Source of the DNA: a bacterium
Lineage (GTDB): Bacteria; UBA9089; JAHJRX01
Direction: 5' to 3'
Length of the DNA stretch: 64,000 nucleotides
Assembly: GCA_018830565.1 (NCBI GenBank)
Contig: JAHJRX010000079.1
Span: 1,899-65,898 of the forward strand
Shown here piece by piece: positions 1-9,721 of this stretch. A model generated the notes under the pieces. The model was not told the origin of the DNA, searched no databases, and worked only from the letters and a program-made list of their open reading frames with translations. A program made the translations under genes and the position numbers. Each line of letters begins with the position of its first letter. The first letter of the stretch is position 1.

Positions 1-285
1 ATTAATTTAGATTATGATAAAATAAAGTTACCTTTAAAGGTAAGAAATCGAAGAAGAGGTGATAGGTTTTATCCTTTAGGGTTAAAAGGAAGTAAAAAGG
101 TTAAAGACTATCTTATTGATAAGAAAGTATCAATTTTTAAGAGGAATAAGATCCCTCTGGTGGTTGATAGAGGAAAGATCTTATGGATAGCCAGTTTAGA
201 GATTAGTGAATTAGCTAAGATAGATAAAGATACCAAAAAAATTTTACAAATTACATACTTACCTGAGATGCATAGCACTTATTAA
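1..285 (+). CDS. tilS: tRNA(Ile)-lysidine synthetase, C-terminal fragment (5' end outside window)
   Basis: Frame-1 ORF open from position 1 to TAA 283-285. Translation ...RRGDRFYPLGLKGSKKVKDYLIDKKVSIFKRNKIPLVVDRGKILWI matches the TilS C-terminal domain pattern (GDRFxPLG, KKLKDffID-KiP). Confidence 0.65.
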   Translation: MNLDYDKIKLPLKVRNRRRGDRFYPLGLKGSKKVKDYLIDKKVSIFKRNKIPLVVDRGKILWIASLEISELAKIDKDTKKILQITYLPEMHSTY

Positions 286-327
286 TGAAAATTTGACATA
301 GAGCAAATTAATTAAGTGCCAACGAGT
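272..327. repeat. Conserved intergenic element, copy 1 (atagcacttattaatgaaaatttgacatagagcaaattaattaagtgccaacgag)
   Basis: Near-identical to 5081-5135. Core AATGAAAATTTGAC(A/C)TAGAGCAAATTAAT...GCCAACGA is also at 42352 and 56352. Confidence 0.8.
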
Positions 328-373
328 TTAGAATTGATAGATAATAATAGATGTTTTTACTAAAAAGGTTTTT

Positions 374-2263
374 ATGGACAAAAAAGTAAAGAATTTAGCT
401 TTATGGATCTTAATTGGTTTAATTACCTTTACTTTATTTTATAATTTTCAAGGTCCTACTGTGCTTAAAGTTATTAAAATACCATATAGTCAATTTTTAG
501 AAGAGGTAAAAAATGGCAAAGTAAAAGAGATAGAGATTGCTGAAAATGATATTACTGGTAAACGAATTGAACAAGGAAAAGTAACTATCTTTAGCACTCT
601 TATTCCTTGTCAAGATCCTCAATTGATCCAACTATTACAAGAGAATAATGTAATTTTTAAAGGTAAAAAGTCTGCTGAGCCTCGATGGTGGATGAATTTA
701 GTTTATTCTATTATTCCCATGTTAATCTTCTTTGGGTTACTTTGGTTTTTTATGTACCGACAAGTAAAAGGCCCAGGAGGTAAAATTTTATCTTTTGGTA
801 GAATTAAATCTAAGGTCTTACCTGAAGAACGAACAAAGATTACTTTTGAGGATGTAGCTGGTGTAGACGAGGCTAAACAAGAACTACAAGAAATTATTGA
901 GTTTTTAAAGGATCCTAAGAAGTTTCAAAAATTAGGAGCCCGAATTCCAAAAGGAGTGTTATTAATAGGAAGACCTGGCACAGGTAAGACTCTTTTAGCT
1001 AAAGCCGTTGCCGGAGAAGCCTCTGTTCCGTTTTTAAATATCAGCGGTTCTGATTTTGTAGAGATGTTTGTGGGAGTGGGAGCTTCACGGGTAAGGGACT
1101 TATTTGATCAAGGAAAGAAACATGCTCCTTGTATTATCTTTATAGATGAAATAGATGCGGTAGGAAGACAAAGAGGGGCAGGTTTAGGTGGTGGACATGA
1201 TGAACGAGAACAAACCTTAAACCAACTTTTAGTGGAGATGGATGGTTTTAATACTAATGAAGGAGTAATCTTGGTGGCGGCTACTAATCGGCCTGATGTC
1301 TTAGATCCCGCCTTACTTCGACCAGGAAGATTCGATCGCCATATAGTAGTAGATACACCCGATATCTTAGGAAGAGAAGAGATCTTAAGGGTTCACACCA
1401 AGAAAGTTGTCTTAGATGTGGTTGTTGATTTAAAGGTTATTGCTCGTAGAACTCCAGGTTTTGTAGGTTCTGATTTAGCTAATTTAGTTAATGAAGCAGC
1501 TTTATTAGCAGCTCGAGGAAATAAAGATAAAGTAACTATGGAGGAGATAGAAGAGTCTATTGATAGGGTAGTAGCAGGTCCTGAGCGTAAAAGCCGGTTA
1601 ATTAGCGAAAAAGAAAAGAGCATTGTCGCCTATCATGAGTCAGGACATGCTTTAGTAGCTAAGTGTATCCCCGAAACTGACCCTGTTCATAAAATTTCTA
1701 TTATGCCCCGAGGAGCGGCCGCTCTCGGCTATACTTTACAACTTCCTACAGAAGATAGATATTTAACTACTAAAAATGAGTTATTAGATAAGATGAGTGT
1801 TCTTTTAGGGGGAAGAGTAGCTGAAATCTTAGTTTTTAATGATGTTTCTACTGGAGCCAAGAATGATATTGAACGAACTACAGAAGCTGCTCATAAGATA
1901 GTATGTGAATATGGAATGAGTGAAAGATTGGGTCCTTTAACTTTTGGTAGAAAGGAAGAACAAATCTTCTTAGGCAGAGATATTGTCAAAGAAAGGAATT
2001 ACAGCGAAAGAATAGCTTCTGTAATTGATGAAGAGACTAGAAGGATTGTTGATGGTTGTTACGAGAGAGCTTTTAAGATTATTAGTGAAAATAGAGAGTT
2101 ATTAGATAAACTTTCTAAAGCTTTAGTAGAGAAAGAAGTATTAGAAGCAGAGGAGATTGAAGAGATTTTAAAAAAAAGAAATGGCGAAGCGAAGAAGGAG
2201 ATAAAATCTAAAAAGATTCCCTCTAAAAAAAAGACAGAAAACAATGAAAAAGAGGTGCTCTAA
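374..2263 (+). CDS. ftsH: ATP-dependent zinc metalloprotease FtsH
   Basis: 629 aa. N-terminal TM segment, AAA+ Walker A GRPGTGKT, Walker [14 protein letters not shown], and zinc site HESGHAL. Confidence 0.95.
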   Translation: MDKKVKNLALWILIGLITFTLFYNFQGPTVLKVIKIPYSQFLEEVKNGKVKEIEIAENDITGKRIEQGKVTIFSTLIPCQDPQLIQLLQENNVIFKGKKSAEPRWWMNLVYSIIPMLIFFGLLWFFMYRQVKGPGGKILSFGRIKSKVLPEERTKITFEDVAGVDEAKQELQEIIEFLKDPKKFQKLGARIPKGVLLIGRPGTGKTLLAKAVAGEASVPFLNISGSDFVEMFVGVGASRVRDLFDQGKKHAPCIIFIDEIDAVGRQRGAGLGGGHDEREQTLNQLLVEMDGFNTNEGVILVAATNRPDVLDPALLRPGRFDRHIVVDTPDILGREEILRVHTKKVVLDVVVDLKVIARRTPGFVGSDLANLVNEAALLAARGNKDKVTMEEIEESIDRVVAGPERKSRLISEKEKSIVAYHESGHALVAKCIPETDPVHKISIMPRGAAALGYTLQLPTEDRYLTTKNELLDKMSVLLGGRVAEILVFNDVSTGAKNDIERTTEAAHKIVCEYGMSERLGPLTFGRKEEQIFLGRDIVKERNYSERIASVIDEETRRIVDGCYERAFKIISENRELLDKLSKALVEKEVLEAEEIEEILKKRNGEAKKEIKSKKIPSKKKTENNEKEVL

Positions 2264-2286
2264 AGTAAAACTTGAGGGAATAGAAG

Positions 2287-3093
2287 GTGAATAAGGATCG
2301 CATTAAGGAAATATTACTGAGCTTTAAAGAAGGTAATTTAACTCTTGAAAGAGCTGTGGAAAGCTTAAGTTATAAAGAATTAGCTAAAAACAACTTAATC
2401 TTTGCTCGGGTAGATATTAGTCGGAAGATAAGATGTGGTTTTCCAGAAGTAATTTTTGGTCAAAATAAAAAAGCTGAAGAAATTTTAAAGATTGTAGATT
2501 CTTTTCTCGAAAAGAATGAAAATGTCTTAATTACCAAAGCCTCTGAAGATATTTATCAATACCTCTCTAAGTATCATCAAAATGCTTCTTATCAAAAAGA
2601 AGCAAAAATGATCACCATTTTAAAAAAGCCACCTTTAAAATCCCTTAATAAATCAGACTATCTCTTAATTATTACCGGTGGGACTGCTGATATTCCTGTT
2701 GCCGAAGAAGCTTATGTAACGGCTGATTTTGTAGGCACAAGGGTAGAACGTCTTTATGATATTGGAGTAGCTGGCCTTCATCGCCTCCTTTCTCAAGAAG
2801 AGATGCTCTTGAAAGCTTCGGTTATTATAGTCGTTGCTGGGATGGAAGGAGCTTTAGCCAGTGTGGTTAGCGGCTTAGTTAGTGTCCCGGTAGTGGCTGT
2901 TCCTACCAGCACTGGGTATGGAGCAAGCTTCCAAGGTTTAGCTGCGCTTTTAACGATGCTTAATAGTTGTGCTCCTGGAGTAGTGGTAGTAAATATTGAT
3001 AATGGGTTTGGAGCAGGATATTTTGGAGCCATGCTTTTAAAAGATGAAAGAAGACGGGAATCGGGGTCAGACCTCGAAAGCAGAATTAACTGA
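2287..3093 (+). CDS. larB: Nickel-pincer cofactor biosynthesis protein LarB (PurE-like carboxylase/hydrolase)
   Basis: 268 aa, GTG start. N-terminal LarB-type domain (VDISRKIRCGFPEVIFGQNK) plus PurE-like C-terminal fold (ITGGTADIPVAEEA ... VVAGMEGALASVVSG..PVVAVPTSTGYG). larC lies downstream. Confidence 0.7.
   Translation: MNKDRIKEILLSFKEGNLTLERAVESLSYKELAKNNLIFARVDISRKIRCGFPEVIFGQNKKAEEILKIVDSFLEKNENVLITKASEDIYQYLSKYHQNASYQKEAKMITILKKPPLKSLNKSDYLLIITGGTADIPVAEEAYVTADFVGTRVERLYDIGVAGLHRLLSQEEMLLKASVIIVVAGMEGALASVVSGLVSVPVVAVPTSTGYGASFQGLAALLTMLNSCAPGVVVVNIDNGFGAGYFGAMLLKDERRRESGSDLESRIN
2980..3060 (+). repeat. larB 3'-end repeat, copy A (native, inside larB)
   Basis: gtagtggtagtaaatattgataatgggtttggagcaggatattttggagccatgcttttaa... 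is repeated at 3245-3330 and 3775-3868. Confidence 0.85.
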
Positions 3094-3216
3094 TCAGAAA
3101 TTCAACGAGAAGAACCGAAACAATTTCGATAACCCTATTGAATTCAAGCAATTAGAGAAAAAATATTGACAAGGAAGGAATCAGGGGCAAATAAAGCAAA
3201 GCCTAACAAAAAAATG

Positions 3217-3243
3217 AACCTGACAAGGAGCAGGTTATTTTTA
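3217..3243 (+). terminator. Candidate rho-independent terminator (aacctg-N8-caggtt + attttt)
   Basis: 6-bp GC-containing inverted repeat followed by a T-run, downstream of the larB stop. Confidence 0.35.
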
Positions 3244-3244
3244 G

Positions 3245-3330
3245 CGTTAAGTGGATATAATTAAGATAATGGGTTTGGAGCAGGGTATTTTGGGGACATC
3301 CTTTTAAGGATGAGAGAAGAAAGAGGATGT
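3245..3330 (+). repeat. larB 3'-end repeat, copy B (diverged leader gttaagtggatataattaag + aatgggtttggagcagggtattttgg...)
   Basis: About 85% identical to copies A and C. Lies immediately upstream of the RBS of the protease gene. Confidence 0.85.
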
Positions 3331-3363
3331 TAGAAAAATAATTAAAAAGAAAGGAGAAATGGT

Positions 3364-3756
3364 ATGGGTTATGTACGAGCAAAAATCGAAATAGGAAATC
3401 CTAAAAATCCAAAACTGGAAAAAATAACAAAAGAAGCTCTCGTAGATACAGGAGCATTAATGCTTTGTATCCCTGAACATATCTGTGTTCAGATGGGCTT
3501 TGAAGAACTTGAGAAAAGAGAAGTTACAACGGCTGATGGTAAAAAACAATTAGTACCTTATGTTGGGCCAGCCTTAGTGCATTTTGAGAATAGGAGTTGT
3601 TTTGTAGGAGCTTTAGTGTTGGGTGATGATGTTCTACTTGGCGCAGTCCCTATGGAAGATATGGACTTAATAGTATCTCCCGCTCATAAAAAAGTTGTTG
3701 TAAATCCTGATAGTCCTAATTTTCCTCAAGCTTTAGTGAAACAAAATGTTACCTAA
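3364..3756 (+). CDS. Retropepsin-like (clan AA) aspartic protease, about 130 aa
   Basis: Strong RBS aaaggagaaatggtATG. Motif ALVDTGALMLCIP (D-T-G-A catalytic signature) and size typical of bacterial Asp_protease_2 / retroviral-type single-domain proteases. Confidence 0.6.
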   Translation: MGYVRAKIEIGNPKNPKLEKITKEALVDTGALMLCIPEHICVQMGFEELEKREVTTADGKKQLVPYVGPALVHFENRSCFVGALVLGDDVLLGAVPMEDMDLIVSPAHKKVVVNPDSPNFPQALVKQNVT

Positions 3757-3774
3757 CCAATCGTTGAACTCAAA

Positions 3775-3868
3775 CGTTAAGTGGATATAATTAAAGTAAT
3801 GGGTTTGGAGCAGGATATTTTGGAGCCATGCTTTTAAGGACGAGAGAAGAGAAGAAAGAGAAGATAAT
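3775..3868 (+). repeat. larB 3'-end repeat, copy C (immediately upstream of and overlapping the larC start)
   Basis: cgttaagtggatataattaaagtaatgggtttggagcaggatattttggagccatgcttttaagg.... Reading it in the larB frame gives ...GAMLLRTREEKKEKIINEDSLF* overlapping larC ATG 3871, which looks like the ancestral larB/larC junction. Confidence 0.8.
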
Positions 3869-3870
3869 AA

Positions 3871-5055
3871 ATGAAGATAGCTTATTTTGACTGCTTTTCT
3901 GGACTTAGTGGTGATATGATTATCGGGGCTTTAATTGATGCCGGGTTAAAGTTAGATTATTTAAACGAAAAATTATCATCTTTAAAAGGAGTAGATTTTA
4001 AACTTCAAGTCAAGGAAGTAGCCAAGCATCATTTAAGTGGATGTAAGTTTGAGGTTATTTATGACAGAGAAAGAAAGATTAAGACCTTAGCAGAAGTAAC
4101 TAAAATCATTGAAGGCAGCACTTTAGAGAAAGAGATTAAGGAAGAGAGCCTTAGGATTTATCAAAATTTATTTAAAGCTGAAGCTAAACTTCATAGAAAA
4201 GACCCGGATCAAGTTCATCTTCATGAGCTTTCTTCTATCGACACCATCGTTGATATTGTAGGAGCAGTAGTGGGGTTGTCTTTTTTTCAAGTAGAGCAAG
4301 TTATTTCTTCACCCCTTAATTTAGGTTATGGAAGAACTAACTTTGGGGAAGGAGAGCTTCCCGTTCCAGCACCAGCAACTTGCGAGCTTTTGAAAAATAT
4401 ACCTGTTTATAGCCAAGAAGCAGGAGAGCTGGTGACACCTACCGGTGCGGCGATAATTTCTACCTTAGCTTACGAATATAGCCATTTGCCCAAGATGAAG
4501 ATAGAGGCTATTGGATATGGAGCAGGAGAAAAGGAGTTACCAAATCTCCCTAATTTTTTAAGGATCTTTATTGGAGAAAAAAGTTTTTCTTTTCAAGAAG
4601 AGGAAGTGATGGTTTTAGAAACCAATATTGATGATAGCCTTCCCTTAATCTATGAAAATTTAACAGAAAGGCTTTTCGAGGAAGGAGCTTTGGATGTCTA
4701 TCTTACTCCTATCCAGATGAAGAAATTTAGGCCAGGAATTATCTTAAGTGTCATTGCCCCAAAAGAGAAAACCCAAGTTTTGTCTTCTTTAATCTTTAGA
4801 GAGACCAGTACTACCGGGATAAGACTTAACAAAGTAAGCAGACTTAAGTTACCTCGGCAATTAAAAGAGTTTAAGACGCCATACGGAAAAGTTAAAGCTA
4901 AATTGATTAATTTTGAAGGAAGGGATAAGGTTTCAGTAGAATATGAGGATTGCAAGAAGATTGCCCAAGCCCATGGCTTATCCTTTCAAGAGGTTTATCA
5001 AGATTGCCTAAAAGAAATTGAAGAGCAGCTAAAGAATAAGGAGAGCCGATGCTAA
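3871..5055 (+). CDS. larC: Nickel insertion protein LarC (DUF111, pyridinium-3,5-bisthiocarboxylate mononucleotide nickel chelatase)
   Basis: 394 aa. N-terminus MKIAYFDCFSGLSGDMIIGALIDAG is the DUF111/LarC signature. Adjacent to larB. Confidence 0.75.
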   Translation: MKIAYFDCFSGLSGDMIIGALIDAGLKLDYLNEKLSSLKGVDFKLQVKEVAKHHLSGCKFEVIYDRERKIKTLAEVTKIIEGSTLEKEIKEESLRIYQNLFKAEAKLHRKDPDQVHLHELSSIDTIVDIVGAVVGLSFFQVEQVISSPLNLGYGRTNFGEGELPVPAPATCELLKNIPVYSQEAGELVTPTGAAIISTLAYEYSHLPKMKIEAIGYGAGEKELPNLPNFLRIFIGEKSFSFQEEEVMVLETNIDDSLPLIYENLTERLFEEGALDVYLTPIQMKKFRPGIILSVIAPKEKTQVLSSLIFRETSTTGIRLNKVSRLKLPRQLKEFKTPYGKVKAKLINFEGRDKVSVEYEDCKKIAQAHGLSFQEVYQDCLKEIEEQLKNKESRC

Positions 5056-5080
5056 TTTCTTGGAATGCGACTAAAAGACT

Positions 5081-5135
5081 ATAGCATTTATTAATGAAAA
5101 TTTGACATAGAGCAAATTAATTGAGGGCCAACGAT
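5081..5135. repeat. Conserved intergenic element, copy 2
   Basis: atagcatttattaatgaaaatttgacatagagcaaattaattgagggccaacgatc. Near-identical to copy 1 at 272-327. Confidence 0.8.
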
Positions 5136-5218
5136 CTTTTTTAAGACTAAGATTAAGGATTATAAGATGTTCTTTACAGGAAGAGAGTTTAAAAAGACAG
5201 TGATGAGGTATTTTAGCG

Positions 5219-6511
5219 ATGAATCTTAAGAGAGATAAATCTAAGGAATTTTTTAATGAAGCTGTAAAGTATTTAGTGGGTGGAGTTAATAGCCCGGTGA
5301 GGGCTTTTAAAGCCGTGGGAGGTCATCCTTTATTTATAAGCAAGGCCAAGGGTTCAAAGATCTTTGATGTAGATGGAAATGAATATATTGATTATCTATC
5401 TTCCTTTGGTCCCTTAATTTTAGGACATGCTCACCCGGAAGTCTTAGCTTCAGTAAAAAAAGCGTTAGATAGCGGGACAAGCTTTGGAGCGCCAACCGAG
5501 TTAGAGACAAAATTAGCTAAGAAGATCGTAGAAATATATCCTTCTATAGAAAGATTAAGGATGACTTCTTCAGGAACCGAAGCGACCATGAGTGCGATTA
5601 GAGTAGCTCGAGGATATACCAAAAAAGATAAGATTATTAAATTTCAAGGAAATTATCATGGACATGTAGACTGTCTTTTAGCCGAGGCAGGTTCTGGGGT
5701 AGCTACCTTAAATATTCCAGGAAGTGCTGGTGTGCCTTTTCAGATCATTAAAGAGACCTTAGTCTTGCCTTTTAATGATCTGAAAGCAGTAAAAGAGACG
5801 GTCAATAAATACCGGGATGAAATTGCCGCTGTAATCTTAGAGCCTGTTCCTGGAAATATGGGTCTAGTCTTACCTAAAGAAGGTTACTTAGAAGAACTCA
5901 GGAAGATAACCAAAGAAAATAAGATCTTACTTATCTTTGATGAAGTAATTACTGGATTTCGTCTTTCATTAGGAGGAGCCCAAGAATTATTTAAGATAGT
6001 TCCCGATCTCACTTGTTTGGGAAAGATTATAGGAGGTGGTTTTCCGGTAGGTGCTTATGGGGGAAGAGCTGAAATTATGGAACAAGTAGCCCCTTTAGGT
6101 TCGGTCTATCAAGCAGGAACTTTATCGGGAAATCCAATAGCGATAATGGCTGGGCTTAAGACGATAGAGCTTTTATCCAAAGAAGGAGTTTATGAAGAAT
6201 TAGAAGAAAAAGCTAAGACATTAGAAGAAGGATTAAGAGAGGTTTCTTTAAAAAGTAAGGTAAGTTGTTGGATTAATCGCTTAGGTTCAATGCTGACCTT
6301 ATTCTTTAGTCAAGAAGAGGTCTATGATTATCAAAGGGCGAAGCGGTCTAATGCTGAATATTATCGTCTTTACTTTAAGAAGATGCTTCAACAAGGAGTT
6401 TATTTACCACCTTCACAGTTTGAAACTATGTTTATTTCTTTAGCTCATACTAAAGAAGATATTGAACAAACCATCAAGGCAAGTTTTAATGCTTTTAAGG
6501 AAATTTATTAA
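5219..6511 (+). CDS. hemL: Glutamate-1-semialdehyde 2,1-aminomutase
   Basis: 430 aa. NSPVRAFKAVGG...DVDGNEYIDY and class-III aminotransferase motifs; the PLP-Lys region is conserved. Confidence 0.92.
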   Translation: MNLKRDKSKEFFNEAVKYLVGGVNSPVRAFKAVGGHPLFISKAKGSKIFDVDGNEYIDYLSSFGPLILGHAHPEVLASVKKALDSGTSFGAPTELETKLAKKIVEIYPSIERLRMTSSGTEATMSAIRVARGYTKKDKIIKFQGNYHGHVDCLLAEAGSGVATLNIPGSAGVPFQIIKETLVLPFNDLKAVKETVNKYRDEIAAVILEPVPGNMGLVLPKEGYLEELRKITKENKILLIFDEVITGFRLSLGGAQELFKIVPDLTCLGKIIGGGFPVGAYGGRAEIMEQVAPLGSVYQAGTLSGNPIAIMAGLKTIELLSKEGVYEELEEKAKTLEEGLREVSLKSKVSCWINRLGSMLTLFFSQEEVYDYQRAKRSNAEYYRLYFKKMLQQGVYLPPSQFETMFISLAHTKEDIEQTIKASFNAFKEIY

Positions 6512-6545
6512 TCTTTACAAGAGAAAGGTAAGATAAATTTTTAAA

Positions 6546-7190
6546 ATGAAGAACGAGGAGACTTATGAATTAATAAATTATTTAAGAAGAAAGGTAAGCC
6601 AGAAGGTCTCTTTATCAGAAATTTCTGAGGGTTTAATCTGGCCTAAAGATAAAGTTCTTGTTTATTTAGAAGAGTTAAAGAAGATTAGTCTTGTCAAAAG
6701 AGATCTAGAAAAAGGAGAAGATTTATACTATTTATATTCTTCTAAAAAATTAGATTTATGGCTTACTTTAGCAGCTCAACATGAATGGAGAGGATATTTA
6801 AAAGAAAGAGAAGGTTTAATAAGCGAGACAATTGATCATCTGGTTGAAGAATTAAGAAAAGTTTTAATGAATGATCTCTTCTTTATCATTTATTATGGAG
6901 AAGATAAGGTGGGTGAAAGTATAAAAGATGGAATTATTAAATTATTTACTATTATTAAAAATAACAAAGATAATTTTATGCTTATCGAAAAAGTCTTAGC
7001 TTCTACTTATTTAAGGTATGGGGTAAGAGTAAGATCTATTAATTCTGACTTAAATTCTTTTGGTAAATTGATCTTAAGCCAGGATAATAGCGTAGATAAT
7101 ATAGGAAAAGCAGTCTTTCGAGATGGAAAGATAATCTACGGCTATGATAAATGTTGGGATTTTATTAAGAAAATGTTGACCTTTTCATAG
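6546..7190 (+). CDS. Hypothetical protein (winged-helix-like N-terminus)
   Basis: 214-aa ORF in the native low-GC codon usage, good spacing from neighbours. No family recognised by eye. Confidence 0.4.
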   Translation: MKNEETYELINYLRRKVSQKVSLSEISEGLIWPKDKVLVYLEELKKISLVKRDLEKGEDLYYLYSSKKLDLWLTLAAQHEWRGYLKEREGLISETIDHLVEELRKVLMNDLFFIIYYGEDKVGESIKDGIIKLFTIIKNNKDNFMLIEKVLASTYLRYGVRVRSINSDLNSFGKLILSQDNSVDNIGKAVFRDGKIIYGYDKCWDFIKKMLTFS

Positions 7191-7231
7191 CATTCATAGG
7201 AGAGAGGAGATGAATAGTCCTTTCCTATAAG

Positions 7232-7252
7232 GCTATAACTTAATTATAGCCA
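7232..7252 (+). terminator. Perfect 8-bp-stem hairpin (ggctataa-cttaa-ttatagcc), possible terminator/attenuator
   Basis: Inverted repeat read directly from the sequence, between the hypothetical gene and pgi. No strong T-tract. Confidence 0.25.
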
Positions 7253-7295
7253 GGAAGACCCTAAATTTAAACATATTATAAAAGGAGAAGTAATA

Positions 7296-8498
7296 ATGAG
7301 TCTAAACTTAGAAATATTTGGTGAATATGATTTAAAGAAGGTAGAAGATAAGTTAAGGGAGATTAAATATGTAAAAGTGCCAGCTTTTGCTAAATTTAAA
7401 CCTGACTTAAAAGAGATAAAAGAAGTAGCTAAAAGATATGATCATTATCGTAATATTATCATTATTGGCAATGGGGGTTCCATTACTAGTTTTTGGACGT
7501 TTTATAAAGCTTTAGCGGAATATAAGAGTAAAAAGAACCTCTATCTTGTTTCGACGATGGATCCAGATTTTTTAAGTAGTATAAAAGAAAGATGTACTTC
7601 GGTGGATACTTTAGTCATACCCATAAGTAAGTCAGGAAATACTGTCGGTGTATTAGAAGCCATCTTTGCCTTTGAGGGGTATAGTATGTTTCCTATTACT
7701 TCAGAAGATAGTGGAGCTTTAAGAGAGATTGCCAGAAAAAGGAATTTAGAATACTTAACTATTCCCCAAGAGATTGGAGGAAGATTTTCAGCCAGGACTG
7801 CTTGCGGGTATTTTCCAGCTGCTTTATTCGATATTGATATAGAAGAGATTGATCAAGGTTTAGAAGAAGTATATGAAGTTTGTAAGCCTGATAATGATCT
7901 ATCTATAAATATAGCTTTGAGATTAGCTACCTTCTTATATCTTAAGGACTTAGCAGGATATAGTGAAATATTTCATCCTGTTTATTCGCCACAGTTAGAA
8001 GGGTTTATCAACTTAATAGTTCAACTTATCCATGAAAGTTCAGGTAAAGAAGGGAAGGGTCAAACTATATATGGAAGCTTAGGGCCTGAATCTCAACATC
8101 ATACTAATCAACGTTTCTTTGGAGGAAAGAAAAATGTGGTAGGGTTCTTCTTAAATGTGGCTTTAAATAAAGAACAAGATTTAAAAACAGTAGTTCCTTT
8201 GGATTTAAAGGATATTTCTTTAGGAGATAATAAAAGCTTAGCCATATTAAATAATATTCCTTTAGCTAAAGCTTTAGAATTTGAGTTTAAAGGAACATTA
8301 GAAGAGGCTAAACAGAAGAAGATTCCAACTGCAGTCTTGACTTTGGATAAAGTAGAGGCTAAAAGAGTAGGAGAATATTTAGGGTTTATTCAGTATTTAG
8401 CAGTGTATGCTTCCTTGCTTCGAGCGGTCAATCCTTATGACCAACCTCAAGTAGAAAACAGCAAGAAGATAAGTTACCAATTAAGATTAGAGTACTAA
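7296..8498 (+). CDS. pgi: Glucose-6-phosphate isomerase (short SIS-type PGI/PMI)
   Basis: 400 aa. IGNGGS...ISKSGNT...GGRFS SIS/PGI motifs; the length fits the short archaeal/bacterial PGI type. Confidence 0.65.
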   Translation: MSLNLEIFGEYDLKKVEDKLREIKYVKVPAFAKFKPDLKEIKEVAKRYDHYRNIIIIGNGGSITSFWTFYKALAEYKSKKNLYLVSTMDPDFLSSIKERCTSVDTLVIPISKSGNTVGVLEAIFAFEGYSMFPITSEDSGALREIARKRNLEYLTIPQEIGGRFSARTACGYFPAALFDIDIEEIDQGLEEVYEVCKPDNDLSINIALRLATFLYLKDLAGYSEIFHPVYSPQLEGFINLIVQLIHESSGKEGKGQTIYGSLGPESQHHTNQRFFGGKKNVVGFFLNVALNKEQDLKTVVPLDLKDISLGDNKSLAILNNIPLAKALEFEFKGTLEEAKQKKIPTAVLTLDKVEAKRVGEYLGFIQYLAVYASLLRAVNPYDQPQVENSKKISYQLRLEY

Positions 8499-8504
8499 AA
8501 GAAA

Positions 8505-8547
8505 GAGAGCTGCTTATTTTTGGTGCATTTAAAAATAAGTAGCTCTC
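8505..8547 (+). terminator. Long hairpin (17-bp stem gagagctgcttattttt / aaaaataagtagctctc, 7-nt loop)
   Basis: Near-perfect inverted repeat directly after the pgi stop; T-run on the left arm (could terminate in either direction). Confidence 0.5.
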
Positions 8548-8567
8548 CCTAACAAAAGGAGAAAAAC

Positions 8568-9647
8568 TTGTTCCATGGAGGTAATATTTGGGCTTATGCT
8601 AAAAAATATAATCTTGAGCCAGAAAAGATCTTAGATTTTAGTGCTAATGTTAATAACTTTAAGGATCAAAAACAAATAAGAAAGATAATCTTAAGAAATA
8701 TTTCTAAGATTAGTTGTTATCCTGATCTTAAACAACATGATTTAAAAGAGATAGTGGCGGAAAGAAATAAATTAGACAATGAGAATGTTGTTTTAGGCAA
8801 TGGTTCGATTGAACTAATTTATTTAATTAGTAAGTACTTATCTCCTTGCCAAGTAAAGATAGTTGTGCCTACTTTTGGAGAATATGAAGAGGCATTAAAG
8901 ATTTTTGGAAGTAAGATAAGTTATTTTAAGACCCTTGAGAAGGATAACTTTGATTTAAATATTGATTTACTCTTAGATAATTTAAGAGACGAAAAGGTCT
9001 TGTTTATCTGTAACCCTAATAATCCTACCGGGAGGTTAATTAAAGATAACCATCTGTTAAGATTAATAGAAGGTCTTAAGAAGAGAAAGATATTCTTAGT
9101 TATTGATGAAGCTTTTCTTGATTTTTGTCAAGATAAGATTGACCTTAATTTTAGAAGAGAATTAGTTAAAGAAGGGGATGTATTTTTAATTAGATCTTTA
9201 ACTAAGGTTTATGGTTTAGCTGGTCTTCGACTTGGGTATGCCTTAGTTGGTAATGAGCTATCCAAGCAACTTAACCAAATGCTTCCTCCTTGGAATGTAA
9301 ATTGCCTTGCTTATGAAGTAGCTTTAGGTATCTTAAAAGATAAAGAGGCAGATGAGAAAATTAGAGAGAAAGTAAACAGAGAAAAGAGATTTTTAGTTTC
9401 TCGGCTTTCTAAATTAAGGTACTTAAAAATATTTGATTCGCAAACTAACTTTATTTTAATTAAACTTTTAGCTAACACTCTTAATGTGGAGAAGATAGAG
9501 GAAGAGTTAATAAAATCAAAGATCTTAATTAGAAATAGCCAGTCTTTTCACTTAGAAAGCAATAATTATTTTAGGATAGCGGTAAAAGCTCATCATCAAA
9601 ATAAGTTTTTCATCCAAAAATTACAAGAAATTTTAGGGATGGGATAA
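8568..9647 (+). CDS. Class I/II PLP aminotransferase family, CobD-like (L-threonine-O-3-phosphate decarboxylase / HisC-like)
   Basis: 359 aa. N-terminal HGGN...LDFSANVN and an SLTKVYGLAGLRLGY PLP-lysine region typical of CobD/HisC. Confidence 0.55.
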   Translation: MFHGGNIWAYAKKYNLEPEKILDFSANVNNFKDQKQIRKIILRNISKISCYPDLKQHDLKEIVAERNKLDNENVVLGNGSIELIYLISKYLSPCQVKIVVPTFGEYEEALKIFGSKISYFKTLEKDNFDLNIDLLLDNLRDEKVLFICNPNNPTGRLIKDNHLLRLIEGLKKRKIFLVIDEAFLDFCQDKIDLNFRRELVKEGDVFLIRSLTKVYGLAGLRLGYALVGNELSKQLNQMLPPWNVNCLAYEVALGILKDKEADEKIREKVNREKRFLVSRLSKLRYLKIFDSQTNFILIKLLANTLNVEKIEEELIKSKILIRNSQSFHLESNNYFRIAVKAHHQNKFFIQKLQEILGMG

Positions 9648-9721
9648 GGGAGTAGGAGGCAGTTTACATAACCTTTTTAATTGTGCCTAATAGTAAAAAT
9701 CAGCGGTAGCGTTTTTTTTAT

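Noticed and set aside
272-327. Reading the conserved element as a sigma-70 promoter (it contains TTGACA)
   Set aside because: No acceptable -10 hexamer 16-18 bp downstream in any copy (the only TA-rich hexamer, TAATTA, is 10 bp away). Orientation relative to downstream genes is inconsistent between copies. Kept as a repeat of unknown function.
1393-1623. Small antisense ORFs inside well-supported genes (for example 1393-1623-, 2059-2244-, 2793-3032-, 4698-4955-, 5431-5622-, 10318-10823-, 11151-11345-, 12177-12473-, 13444-13629-, 14379-14741-, 14850-15071-, 16442-16924+, 17766-18134, 19426-19902+, 20911-21102-, 22846-23034-, 24283-24975-, 28754-29005-, 31320-31584-, 34822-35031-, 36680-36865-, 38077-38820-, 39769-40126-, 42076-42375+, 42570-42806+, 43189-43413+, 44961-45152+, 50661-51005+, 58839-59024+, 59625-59834+, 62129-62317+)
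   Set aside because: All lie opposite or inside longer ORFs with clear homology. They have low-complexity or AT-codon-biased translations and no RBS support, so they are treated as spurious.
3094-3245. Integron-like attC or integrase association for the protease cassette
   Set aside because: No integrase gene in the window, and the flanking repeats derive from larB coding sequence rather than from attC-like imperfect palindromes.
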